NCBI GenBank assembly: GCA_001687465.1
Contig: LVLI01000354.1
Span: 1-52,871 of the forward strand
DNA length: 52,871 bases
DNA from: Halocafeteria seosinensis
Lineage: Eukaryota
Direction: 5' to 3'
Of the stretch, positions 1 through 12,114 are shown one piece after another. Position 1 is the stretch's first letter. Each line of letters starts with the position of its first letter. The notes beneath the pieces were generated by a model. It made no database searches and was not told where the DNA came from. It saw only the letters and a list, made by a program, of their open reading frames with translations. A program made the translations under genes and the position numbers.

Positions 1-190
1 GAATTGGTTCATACGGGTCTTGTAAGGCAAATCTAAATATGTTACTCAATTTACCTTATATAACAAAGGAATAGCTACGTATTCGATCAACTGTTGGGCT
101 GCTCCGGCTTTTAGTTATCTCAATATAGCCCTTTATCTGAAGCGTCTTCACAGTGAAGTTCCTCCAAGCTTTGAGTCAAGCCTTTGACTG

Positions 191-1297
191 CTTGGCGAGG
201 GTGTGAAGGACAGTATCTTGGGCTCTTTTCCTCGTTTTTCGTGCTATTCAAAGCCATATACTCTCTGAACTTGGGAACGCAGGCAAGAATAGCATTCAAG
301 GCACTAGACTGAACCGTTGAAATCGCTGTAAATACTCTTATTGGCTTGATTCTCGCTCTAAAAACCATGGAGGAGAATTTTCTACGCAGGGTTCAACTTG
401 GATTCTTTATCTCATTTTCTGGCATTATAGACGATCGCGGGTGAGAATGAGCTCATGGATACGATGAGACAAAGTAGATGTATAGATTGAGCTGACTTGT
501 AGAGTAGGCGACCGCCTCCAAGCCCTTATTTGAGAGAGGAAAGGTCACCCTGAGAACCAGGAATCCCCATTGGGACTCTTATATTTATGTGAATTATTAA
601 TGTCGTGTGATCTATTCAGGGTATGGAGCCATCTACGCCGATGCTCTGCGCAATGGAGTTGCTGCGGGGAAACATCCACAGGCTTCGCCAGGGGCCAACT
701 GTGGACGAGCAATCCGTTTGTATCCACGTGGAGGTGAAGCATTTAGTGGAAATCGTTTTGGACTGGACTCACAAGTGGATTTGCATCACACCTCACCCGC
801 TTCGTCGTTGTATGTGTTCGACGCTTTGCACAGAACAGACAGCACCGGCTCCGACCAACCATCAGCTCCGCCTTTGCCTTCTCCACGGATAATATGATGA
901 GCGTGCACTACGTGGTGATCATACCGATGACCGTGGCTATATTCATTCATGTCAAGCCATTGATCCACAAGTTATTTACTCGAGCGCTTCACGTAGGACT
1001 CAAGACCCTTCTCAATCACGCACTCCTTATACACATGCATGAAGGAATACATGTTCTCCAATTACTCGATCCCATAACAGATGTCGACCAGGAGGGAGGT
1101 CGAAGACTATAATGGTTTTTGGTTCGAAGATATGCAAGAAGTTCCAGCTGAAGTTCGAGTGGTGGGTACCTTGAGCTAGGAGGTTGGAAGCAGGACAATG
1201 GGTACCGATGCAGATAGCCTCGGATACACGCAACACCGTCCGACTATGGAAATCGAAATCTCTTCCAATATCGCCAGATGAGATAGAGACACATTAT
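191..1297 (+). pseudogene. Truncated, decayed duplicate of the 5' end of the RNF213-like gene (exons 1-4, ending inside the CBM20-like domain)
   Basis: Co-linear nucleotide similarity to ~12830-14021, e.g. cttggcgagggtgtgaaggacagtatc, gcacagaacagacagcaccggctccga, gatgagatagagacaca. In-frame TGA at 310-312 where the intact copy has CCA. About 11 nt deleted near 543, with further indels near 890 and 1110-1200. Similarity stops abruptly just before the YKY motif. Confidence 0.9.
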
Positions 1298-1838
1298 CCG
1301 CTGCCAGCGCAACTGGGGGTGGTAGAGGTGCCAAGTTTTATCAAGGAGGCAATTTATGCCAGGTCACCGAGAGATTGTGCCTCGCTTAACAGAGTCTAAT
1401 GACACATTGCTTTGACTGCTACATTATGCGTGCTCTTGTTTTGAGCTGTTTTGAACAGATGAACCATAACGACTCTCAAAAGGATGTGTGTAATGCGTAT
1501 GCGACCTACACTATTCTATCCGCAGACCCCACGTCAGTTCCTTGCATGTTGTCGATTTGTTGCATGTTGAACTCCATCACATCGTCACCTAAGTATATCG
1601 TACCCTCATGTACGCGTTTAAGGACATTAAAAACTTTACGATTTAAAATCATTTAGTAATCTTCAATTTCCGGCTAATCACAAGGCTTTTTTCAAACTCC
1701 CTCCTACATGATTGTTAATATCCCAGAAAACTAAATTACTTTGTTCAATCTTCATACCTTGGTACGTGAAATTCGTCCATCGTTAAGATAATCCCCAGTT
1801 ATATTAGAATGTACCCTATTATCCACTTTTTGCACCAG

Positions 1839-3014
1839 ATGCTCTCTGAGTGTAAAGCAACTGCTGCAGGTATGTGCATTGAGTTCTATTGGAAATCTGT
1901 GTGCAGTTTTATCTTTAACGTGTATTTAAGCCATGCGACCTTGCTCTGCAGAGCCAGTTGCCAGGGACGAAAAAGAGGTTCCACCCCAGAAACCCAAAGC
2001 AATATGAGTAAGATTGTCAATTGTTTGCGATACATGGATGGAGGTTTTAAACGGACCAAAATGACAACACGCAGAGCCCAAGGCGATCTCGAAAGTCTCT
2101 GTTTTGGGGAGAGAAAGTCGGGAACTGCTTCCTGGAAGAGTCTACTGGGACGCCGATTGGAAGCAAGAATTTTGTTTCTACTTTGAGCATAATCGTTGCA
2201 TGTTTTAGAGGTAAGTTCCCATCTAGCTGCTCTTCCACAGCTGTCTCAGCTCGAGATACTACTATTCCACTGCAGCTCACCAGAAGCACCCCGTTGCCAA
2301 GCGGGAGCATTGGCTCGTGTTTTAACCGACACGACGACCCAAATGCTGTCGTCGAAGTTCCTAAGTCGGACGAGAGATATGACCAATTTGTTTGGGCCAT
2401 CATCTCGGGAATCGTGTCAATGATTATCGGCTTGGTACTGAATTGCTTGACAGTTTTGGACGATAAACTTTGCATTCATAAAGGAGTAGGTTTACTGGGT
2501 GGTATTCAGTTGTACTCGGCATGCAGATTGTTACTAACTCCGATTCTGCAGAGAATGTGCTTCAAATGGTGTGTCACCAAGATCACTCGCTGCTTTATGT
2601 ATCTCACTGTTATATTCTGGGCCGTATTGAGTATGTCCGTGGCTAGTGTCTACGTATCGGATACCTCCGTGATCTCTCGTGCGGTCGGATTCACCATGAT
2701 TCAAGGTTTCACCTACAGTAAGTCGTTTGAAACGATTTACAATGGTGCAATACTGCTAATTTTTTAGTGCATCCATTGCAGTTTGGGTGGCTCTGCATGT
2801 TCCTATGTTTCTCTGGAAGCGATACAGCGACAAGAAGCGGGATGCAAAGGCTGATGCTAAAGGAAGAAAAGTAGATGTGTCTTCCAGTGAACTGCAGTGG
2901 TTTCGCAAGGAAAACATAGATGCATCTTCTACCAGTTCGCCTGATACTTCTTTGGAGGTCGCGTCTGATATGAACTGTCGCAGCTCCGTCAGTATCTGTC
3001 CTGAAAGCATGTAA
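1839..3014 (+). pseudogene. Probable pseudogene of a multi-pass membrane protein, tandem paralogue of 3536-4856
   Basis: Shares blocks with the downstream gene: ELLxGRVYW-W-EFCFY, VACFR|intron, HxKHP, LDDKLCIHK, YVSxTSV, RAxGFT, HVPxFLxKRxxDKKRD. An 8-nt deletion at ~2194 removes HPL and shifts the frame. A TAA plus loss of a segment follows HPVAKREHWLVF (~2323). The 5' end is uncertain. Confidence 0.65.
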
Positions 3015-3120
3015 ACTTCACCAATGCATGTTGCAGACAGAACTCGTAGCGAACAGCTTTCTGAGGTCTGATTTAAATCGATCAACCAGTTCTCCTAGTA
3101 GGCTAGGTGAACAGATCTAA

Positions 3121-3170
3121 GGCTAACATCCAGCTGCCGGTGGGCCATCAGTCACATCTTCGTCGTCGTC
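3121..3170 (+). repeat. Dispersed ~47-bp element, copy 1 (copy 2 at 12595-12641)
   Basis: ggctaacatccagctgccggtgggc[c/t]atcagtcacatc[t/g]tcgtcgtcg is near-identical at both sites; both are preceded by tctcctagt...gaacag. Confidence 0.85.
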
Positions 3171-3535
3171 TTCACAAACACTACGCAGTACGACTGTGTG
3201 TCTTTGATGTTGGTTAGTGGTACCAGCTGTACAGAATCCGAGGGATCCACTAATTTCCGATTCAGCAGACTCCACTTGTTTGTATCCTCAAAACGTCACA
3301 CGGTACTCTAGTATTTCCATAGTGTAAACCCACGTTTGGCTGTATAGAGCTATGTTACCGCACTTCAGTTCGGATATCTACCGTTGGTTGGCCACGCGGC
3401 GTTACGAGGACGCAGCTGATTGAAGGCATTAGTTCCCACTTTTGGCGGTTTGTTGTTTTTCTGCATGCCCTACTAGTGGTAGTACCAACCTGTGCCATCA
3501 AGCACATTGTAAAAATCTGAAGCATCGTGGTTGGA

Positions 3536-4856
3536 ATGGAGGAAAGTGAACAGTTTTATTCAACCAATCCTGCTCTGGATAAACGCTCCCGTACGTGTGT
3601 AAAGGCGTCTCTCGATGCAGTATTCCCACCTTTGGTTCATTGTGGATGCATTATGCCCTTGTCTACAGAATCGGAAGGCATGGATTCATCGCTGAGGAAA
3701 CCCGCGGTAGGTGTCGAGCAAGCGATTTTAGCCGCAAGACAGTTATTTCTGGCTCCCTTCAACATGGTTCCATTGTGGTATAACGCTGGCAGAATACAAA
3801 GGACCATAGGGAGTCTATTTTCGTGGGCGAAAAGTTGGGACCCATTTCGCTGAAATATAAGAAAGAATTGCTCCGTGGAAGAGTGTACTGGAATACAACG
3901 TGGGACAAGGAGTTCTGTTTTTATTTGGAAAATAACCATCCTCTAGTCGCATGTTTCAGAGGTAAGGAGTCTGAACCAAGGTCATATACTACGCTAGCGG
4001 GAGGCTCATTTAACCAAAGTTTGATGCAGCACATCCAAAGCACCCTTTCCGTGAACATTTCCTCCTATTTGTAACCCTGATGTTTGTCCAGTTGTTCTGG
4101 GCGTAAGTATGAAAAGCGCAACACATATCAGCAGCTCTATACATCATACCCCTTCGTAGGCACCGCAGATCATGTGGAGAGTGGTTCAGATGGCTTGCAA
4201 AAGACACAGGCAAGCGTTGGTCCGTAGCTGATCAGAGACTCCAGCAATACAAATGGGCAATGCTCTCGGCTACCCTTTCTACACTTACGGCGTTTTTTCT
4301 GTACTATCTGGCTGTGTTAGATGATAAATTGTGCATCCACAAACAGGTAAGCATGATCTATAGAATACGCCATAAGTAAGAAAATTGCTCTGAAGCGGCC
4401 AGCGATGGCATCGAACTTGCAGAGGTTCTGTTGCAAGGCACTCCTGACGGCTCTTGGACGAGGCGTTATGTACCTGGCAGTGCTATTTTCCATAGCCGCA
4501 AGTTTCGGTGTTACTTCTGCATACGTATCCAAAACTTCTGTTAGTCTCGAAGATGTTGGTAGAGCGCTAGGGTTTACGGTGCTTCAAGCTTGGACCTATG
4601 GTGAGTTAAGTTTCTCAGTTGCCTTGTTCTGGTGAGTATATCGCTTACTCCTTTGACATAATGTTACCCAGTCTGGATTGGTGTGCACGTCCCTCTCTTT
4701 CTAATTAAGCGGCACAGGGACAAGAAACGCGATGAAAAAGATGAGTTGACCGGTAGGAGGGTTTACGTCAGTTTCGATGAGCTACAAGACTTTCGCAATA
4801 TCGATCTTGATAAGAGGGAATCAGACTCCTTGGCAGAGAAAAAGCAAGACGTATAA
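3536..4856 (+). CDS. Spliced multi-pass membrane protein of unknown function
   Basis: GT-AG exons give ...EFCFYLENNHPLVACFR|AHPKHPFREHFLLFVTLMFVQLFWA|...KWAMLSATLSTLTAFFLYYLAVLDDKLCIHKQ|RFCCKALLTALGRGVMYLAVLFSIAASF...|VWIGVHVPLFLIKRHRDKKRDEK...KKQDV*. Several hydrophobic helices; conserved with the upstream paralogue. Confidence 0.7.
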
Positions 4857-4893
4857 CGGGAGAACAGCGGGAGTGGAACGTATGAAAATCCCT

Positions 4894-7800
4894 TCACTCA
4901 TCATATTTAGGGTCTTTCTGGTAGAGAGAAGCTAGTTGACCACTGAACATGTTGATGAATTCTTGAAACTCAATCACGCCATTCCCATCACAGTCGAAAT
5001 GTTGAATAATAGAATGAACATCTTCATCGGTCAAAGAGCGAATTACTTCTTTCGCAGCCTGCTTAAATTCCTTGGTAGACAGCTTTCCATCGCCATCTGC
5101 AGCAACGATAGACCAATTTCGCAAACAACAACTAGTACAACGCTATAAATAGGGGAGTACGTACCTTTATCAGCACGCTCAAAAGTTCTAACAAAGTCTT
5201 TTCCACCTCCACCAACTGTAGATTTTCTCAGTAGCCACTGGGTTATCTTGTCCTTCGCTTCTCGAAGACGGTGGGATAACGGCGCAGCCCATGACACCAG
5301 TTTCGAATACGTCACAGGAACAACATACAGACAAGGGTAGTCAGTCTTCACGCGGTCTTCGTCTTTGAGATTTCGAGGGTAAACTATCGCACCGGCTTGA
5401 ATAGCACCCGTCCCATGACTATCATCGGTGCCATGGATCCTACAAAATAATCCTCGAACAGCAGCCACATCGTCCGGCACTTCGATCCCCACCCACCCCG
5501 AATTAAGCTTAAATTGGCCTTCTCGCGGATTAGGCTCATCAATGTCCGGGACGAACCTGTAGCGATGGGGTTCGGATGAATTGTACAATACAATGACGGA
5601 ATCTTTGTTTTCGCCATATTGTGGATCGTCGGGACGAAGAAGTCTCGTGGGTGCCGGTGGATAAGGGTTTGGAGGAGGGTCCTCTATACAGCCTGTTTCG
5701 TATAGTGTCGTATGTAATTCCTCTGCACAGCACATAGAGACGAGTCGGTAACAAGGAGTTCAAACGAACCACACTACGAACAAGGACTATCTTACCCAAA
5801 GTGAAGTATCCCTTATTGGAACGGTCAAAAAATTCAAACATCTGTCGAAAATCCAGGTCGGTAGCTCTTTCTGCTTTCTTACTTTGAGGTTTCTTACTCT
5901 TCCACAACAGTTTAGTCGCAGCCTTTGACCGAGATGAAACACCACCCCCAACTTTTGCACGCTCCTTACACACTTTCTGCATTTGCTTCTCAATGTTTTC
6001 AACACGCTTCCATAGTTGTTTATGGTGAAGTTTGTTTGGAGGTTGATTCGCGTCGTCAGTATTTTTCTGCTTCCGTATCGTCCGAGTTGCGTTGGACTCT
6101 GGCACTGTGCTGGACGCTTCCCGATCTATCTTAACCCCTGGAATCTTTTCGACACAGAAAACAAGAAAGGGTTCAAAAGCCACCTTCGAATAATTATCTC
6201 GAATAAGATTTAAATCCACTAATGCCTCCAGCATTTCATGAGCGTCTAGTCTTGGGATTGACTCAATGCTTGATTTCCGGGAGTCACTCTTTAGCATGTA
6301 ATCTTGCAGTTCTGATTCAAAATTGGCAAGGCTAATACGGTACTCTCTAGACGACTCAGAGAGTGCAAGGTCTTTTTTCGTGTCAAATATGCTTAAGAAT
6401 TCGGATAAAATCTGTTGCTTCGTCGCATCATCTCTGTCCAACCTAATACTGAAGCCGCCAATTGAATAGGATGCTTTCCGAGTTCCAGACCCGGAACGGT
6501 CTGTTTCCTCGAATCGGTTTTGCAAACAATTTTGAACCTTCTCTCGTAACTTTACAGCCGCATTAGACGGTCTCTTGGAGATACAAGATACAGTATCATC
6601 ACTCGACTGGTTTTCTGGAAGCAACCCATTAACCCCAACTAATAGCTCATCCGCCATGAGGAACTCCGGCTCATCAGAGTAACCGCACTTATCGACGATG
6701 CATTTCCACAGTCCTTTGATGCGTTCCTTTGCCACCGTACCATCAATACTAGTACACAACTGTACGAAATCAGCCAAGGAATAACTCGATATCTTATCGC
6801 TCCCACTGTTTACGGCCTCTTTGAGACGTGATCCCAAGTATCGTACAAACTGCTCCTTACTAAACGTTTTTCTGTCGGAGGATATTTCCTTTACGGAGTG
6901 GGATTCTTCTGCACCAGACGCAACCCATTCCCAGCTCTCCCGTAATCCACGCAGCGCGTTCCTTGAATTGTACGTCGATGTGGTATGCGTCTCACAATGA
7001 GGCTGATCATACTCCCGCAGCCACGATGTCGCTGCTGCATCAGATTTCAGCGTCATGGCAAGAGACTGGGTGTCGCGAAACCCCAAGTGCTTCCCAAAAT
7101 CAGTAAATGACAACTCATCGTCCGAATCGTCATCAGAAACAGAGCCCTTACCTACGCTGAGCCTGTCCGAAATGTCAAATATGTCTCTTTGCTCCGTTGA
7201 TGGTGTGGTCTCTTGGGGCACCTCCGGTTTCCGGGAAGGTAGCTTTTGCCGTCCCATTTTAACTATTTCTCCCCCAAGTAACACAAAGTATTGCATAAAT
7301 TTTGTTCGGGATACAGCCTTTGTAGAGGTTCTATTGGTCCAATTACTGCAAAGCGTGGAAATAACTTGTTCATTGGGTGGCGTACCCATAATGTCCTTGA
7401 CAGCCTCTCGCATAGCGGAAGTGCTGAGAGCATTCGCACTGTCTTTCATGTCCTCGAAAAGACCTTCCAATTGTGACTTGGTCGAACGTGCTTTGTCTGC
7501 AGATCTTGAATGGCTAGCCAGTCGGCCGGCTAGCTCAAGTATACTCCCATCGATACACTGAGTCAATCCTAGAAGACGCGTAACATTGTGTTCTCTTAAA
7601 CCTTCCGACGCACGCCCAGCGGCCGCCATGAGCTCATCCAAAACATCCTTGACTAGCACGGAGCCGGCTTCGTTACCGAACCTCGACATCCATTCATCAA
7701 TGTCCTCTTCAGTTGCATATCCTAATTGCTTCAACAGAGCTTCCACATGTTTTCGATCTGCCCACGTGTGAGACCAGACGGAATCTTCCTCTTCCTGATG

Positions 7801-9205
7801 GTCCTCAGTCTTGGATTCGCTTGTTGCGTTCTTTGGTTTCTTATCGTTTACGAGTAATTGCAAGTGTTGCAGAAACTGATTTTGGCCAACTACGCCCGTG
7901 TTGTCTTGATCAAAGTGTGAAAAGAGGGCGGTCACGTCAGCCTCAGTCAATTCTTTCGTCACATTAGAGCTTTTCTCAGTCTTGTACGATACGACCTTAG
8001 CACCAAAACGCTCAAGCCCTTCCTTGAATTCAGACCATCCAAGGGCTTTGTTTTTGTTCTTGTCCAGGGAAGCAAATAGCCGCTGGCCGGCACTTTGGAG
8101 CGATAAGCTAAACCTCTGCATGTAATCTTGTACAACTTCCGCAAAGATGTCTTCGCCAGCCTTTTTGTCGCCATGTTCCTTGGGAGAATTGCTTCCAGTA
8201 CGATTTTTCGAAGCACCACCCTTAGTGTCATCTCCAGCGCCGGATCCTTGTTGGGTAGAGCGTCCACTTTGGAATGGTTTAGTTTTGCCCTTACCGTAGC
8301 CCCCTTTCTGCTTCAGTTTTGCAAAGTATTGTCCATTTTCGAGCTCGTCTTGCAAAGCTTCATTGAAGCTTACATAGTCGACAGTACCCTCAACAGCATT
8401 AGTAGTAAACCTTTTCTTCAGACTCTGCAAAACAATGTACGGTACTCTAATCAGCTATCTCTCGGGAACGAAGACGCAGCCATACCTGAAGTAACATAGA
8501 GTCATTCTTTCCTCCTTCCAGTTTCACGTGCATTTTCTCTAACGCCGAATCAAATTTGTCTCCAGAGACCTTGTTTGTTGTCGTGTACTCTTTGAATACT
8601 AGATCTCTCGAAGATAACTTTTCGTAGATTCCGCCATCTTTAATTTGTTTGGCAATTTCCTTCAATGCAACAGACGACATGTGTTTGTTTTCATCGCTCC
8701 GGTCCGAGGAAGAAGTTTGTTTCCCCCGTCGATTTTTCCCGGGAGAAGAAACGATGCCCGAGGTTCGAACCGGACTCGTCTCGTGTGAATTCTGCCGTCG
8801 TTGCACCGACGCAGAAGTGTCGCCTCTGTTGGTGGAAGAAGAGTAGGCATTCGTCGCTGCATTACCGCGTGTAGGAGATCCTTGACCCTCAATGCGGAGG
8901 GAGGAGTCCAAGTCTTCCTGGAAGGCAGGTTCACGAGACTCTCGGGTTTTCCCCAGCATGCGTCGAATCTGGAGCCGCTCTGCCAGCTGGGATATTTCGG
9001 ACTCTATTTTCGACGTACGATCTGTGAGCCATGATTTAGCCTGAGAAAGCTCTGTTTCCATCAATTCATGATCCAATTTGTCTTTACTGGACGCTTTACG
9101 GGCTGATTTCTGTTTACTCGCGCTTTTTTTCGCCGGTTTGACTTTACCCGAGGAATGGGCACTCTTAGACTGAGCGTGTCCACCTGCCATATTGGTATTA
9201 TGCAT
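4894..9205 (-). CDS. Large multi-EF-hand calcium-binding protein (4 exons, about 1370 aa)
   Basis: ORFs 8447-9205, 5539-8430, 5043-5735 and 4894-5124 join in frame through GT-AG introns 8485-8425, 5795-5723 and 5164-5097. EF-hand loops: DKNKNKALGWSE, DQDNTGVVGQNQ, DRSNKGYFTLEE, DKDGDGKLSTKE (spans an intron) and DCDGNGVIEFQE. Confidence 0.85.
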
Positions 9206-10028
9206 CCGAAATCACCAGAAAACACGCTTTTCCTCTTTGTTGGGATCCCCTGAGGTCGCAGCCGTTAACGTCCTCGTTCACGGAGTCATTTATTTTCTCC
9301 CAAACCAAGTCCAGCGCACGCAACTCAGCAATATACAACATACAAACAAAGTACGCCAAAGAATATGCGCGCATTCAATATTGGACTGTGGCATCAAAAT
9401 AGCGCTGCAATAGACGCAATTAGGTTTTGTGAAGCTCGTGGTTGGTTGACTCAGCGAAGTTGCACGTGGAACGTGGTGGATGGTCATGCATATGAATGGA
9501 TGTGCTGTTGGAATCATACATGCGCGGCATTACATTAGAATTCTGTCAACCAAAGGAGTCTACTGACACCGCGGAGTTTATTCCATGACCACCAGTGCGA
9601 CGCAGTTCCAAGTGTAGCCAGTGTAGCCCATCATCAGGTTGTTCGCACCTCCAGGCTGGAGTCCAGCCTCTGAGATAATTGCGCCTAGATTGGCATCGTT
9701 GCTACCAACTTGGGCCGTGTCAAAATCATACTTCAGAACTTCAACGCAACTTTACCGGGTGAAGTTGGGAGCCGATGTGGTCGAGGGAGTCTCCTCGTTG
9801 AGCTTCCACGGGAAACGAGATACTGTGGTACAGTAATGTCTCCGTATGCTTGTTAACCATTCCTACATACATGTAATCTCACTGCGAGGGCTATCTTCAT
9901 CTCTGCTGACAAGCAGTGATACCGCATCATGAATTTCGGATCGTACCTACCATAGCAACATGTACCTCTGGTAGAGTGCTTCGTTTGATCTTCAGGCCTG
10001 ATATGAGGTACCTAGTACAGCGCTAGTA

Positions 10029-10289
10029 GTGCTACCTACCTTGAGTGCCACCACAGAGTTTCAGTACGTGTTTAAAGAGTCATACAGAAACGCCCGGGAC
10101 TGCTTTAACAGGGTGCTGGATGCCTTACTCCAGGATGAAGTAATAAACGAGTTGTTAGTTTATCCACTTTCCGGACGAGTAATCCCTTACGCACACTATG
10201 GCAGAATTCCAGAAACGAACCGGGCGGCTTAAAAGGGGTTCTCGGAGCGATACATGCATACATATGGAGACGGATCACACATTCCCATC
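10029..10289 (+). mobile_element. Degenerate PIF/Harbinger DDE transposase remnant
   Basis: FKESYRNARDCFNRVLDALL, then (frameshifted) GLKGVLGAI at 10226-10252, a 16-nt insertion, and DGSHIPI at 10269-10289. Together these rebuild the Harbinger/HARBI1 first-aspartate motif GAIDG(S/T)HIPI. Confidence 0.7.
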
Positions 10290-10362
10290 CTTCACCAGAC
10301 AGGATATGTGTTGTGGAAAGTCAACATAGCCAACCACCAGGTTGAGGTCAACTTGAGGACAC

Positions 10363-10426
10363 AGTTCGCCCCGATACACCATACGTTTCCTACGCCAGAG
10401 TAGCTCCGACGTGCATCTCATTCGAT
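10363..10426 (+). repeat. Dispersed 64-bp repeat, copy 1 (copy 2 at 11317-11380; partial copy at 11925-11949)
   Basis: agttcgccccgatacaccatacgtttcctacgccagagtagctccgacgtgcatctcattcgat differs from copy 2 at 5 positions. The core ccg.cgtgcatctcattc recurs at 11925. Confidence 0.85.
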
Positions 10427-11316
10427 GAAATTCAAAATACCTACCGGTGGTTGTACAGTAGTCATCTCATACAAGTATCACATATGGTAGTGCATTACAA
10501 TAAACGTTTCCAAAAGTCAAATATAAGGGATACTAAGGGTACAATTGAATGATACAGTTGTACAACTGTATTATGAGTGCCAATGAGCATGAGAGCAGTA
10601 CAACTTGTAGTGAAGAAGAGGTAACGCCACCCCTCGTCCTGTGCAGTTGTTCTGTGGTATCTCCAACGAAAGCGAAAACGACGTCATCGAAGGCGTCAGT
10701 GTGGAAGGAGAAATAACGAATCATTGTGCGAGTCCTTAGTGCGCATTTTGATTCCATGACAGACGCTATGCTCTGTCGTTCCTTCGGATTGACCAGACGT
10801 CAATTCCGCTGCCGGTATTTGGCGGCAATTCTAGCTCCGAGGATGATCGCGACGAACGGTACCACAGGTTAAGGGCTGAAATGAAAATTGCGGTACTCAT
10901 TCGTCGATGCAGGAAAGGTAACTAGAATTTGAGAGGTTTTCATCGGACTGACTGGGCACCCACCTGCTATACACGCCCATTGCTGCAGGGAAGTCCGGGA
11001 CTCGGGGGTCTATCAGCCTGATACAACTTCGTTTGAAGTATAGAGAGAAACTGGAAGAGGCGCCGTAAACTGGGGATGTGTACGAAGCGGGGTGCCGGCA
11101 AAGATAGCGGTGGCAGCCCCTGCCTCATGCTGGCACCCGCGGCTATTTGAAATTTCAAAACAAAACTTAATTGGGAAAGTACTGATTTATTCTTTATGGC
11201 GGTAAGTCAAAACTGTAGGAGGTACGTTTGGCATTAATTGTTTAACGTGAACGCAAATGTCACGCCTAGTGGCAGTGGCAATGCTGCTGCTTCTAGACGC
11301 CTTGGTGTGGGAACAA

Positions 11317-11380
11317 AGTTCGCCCCAATACACCACACGTTTCCCACGCAAGAGTAGTTCCGACGTGCATCTCATTCGAT
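11317..11380 (+). repeat. Dispersed 64-bp repeat, copy 2
   Basis: 59/64 identical to 10363-10426. Confidence 0.85.
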
Positions 11381-12114
11381 AATCCGCCACTGAACTCGAT
11401 TTCCAATGCCACGTCGCATTTATCTCCAGATCCCTCATAAGAGGATCATGGAGGATGCAGTCACCTTTGCGGCCGGTAGGCTGTATCTGTCACATGGGTG
11501 TCGTATCACATGTATACCGGTACACGATTCCTCTTCCACTCGTCATTGTGCATCTTATGATGCCTAGCTTTGAGCCATACACCGTAGTTCCCCATATTTC
11601 AGATAGCTCACCTATATATTTGAGTATAATTGGAATGACCGCTTTACTGTGAAATGTCAAGCCTGCCCTTCCATATAGATATCTTAAAGTCTTTCTTCAG
11701 GAAGAACGATCAGGGGGAACGCCTGCCAAATCGGGCGAAAAGTTTGCCGACAGTCAAAGGGTTTCTCCAATGTCCTTTCCCGTCAAAGGGATGAAATCGA
11801 GCGCAACGAGTCGAAAGGCAAGGAAATCAGAATTTTACCTTGAAGGTAAAAATCGTCTTCAAACGCCGTCCAGGTGGCAAAAGTGAACACATTGTAGAAC
11901 TGTATGTAGCGTCATGCAAAAACGGTTCCGCCGTGCATCTCATTCAATACCATGGTAATCATGCGAGAATTAGAGACCACTACTGTATGCCCCTGATAGT
12001 TCGATCATGTTGTTCTATCCAGCATTCCATGATATCCTAGCGAAACATTTGCACCAAGAGGTCAGACAAGTCCAGTTGGATTCCATGCGACAGAGGGAGA
12101 TTCCCCCGCCGAGA

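Noticed and set aside
7055..8499. Plus-strand ORFs antisense to the EF-hand gene, and similar shadow ORFs within the RNF213-like and SET genes
   Set aside because: Typical antisense or alternate-frame shadows of long coding exons with no independent protein features.
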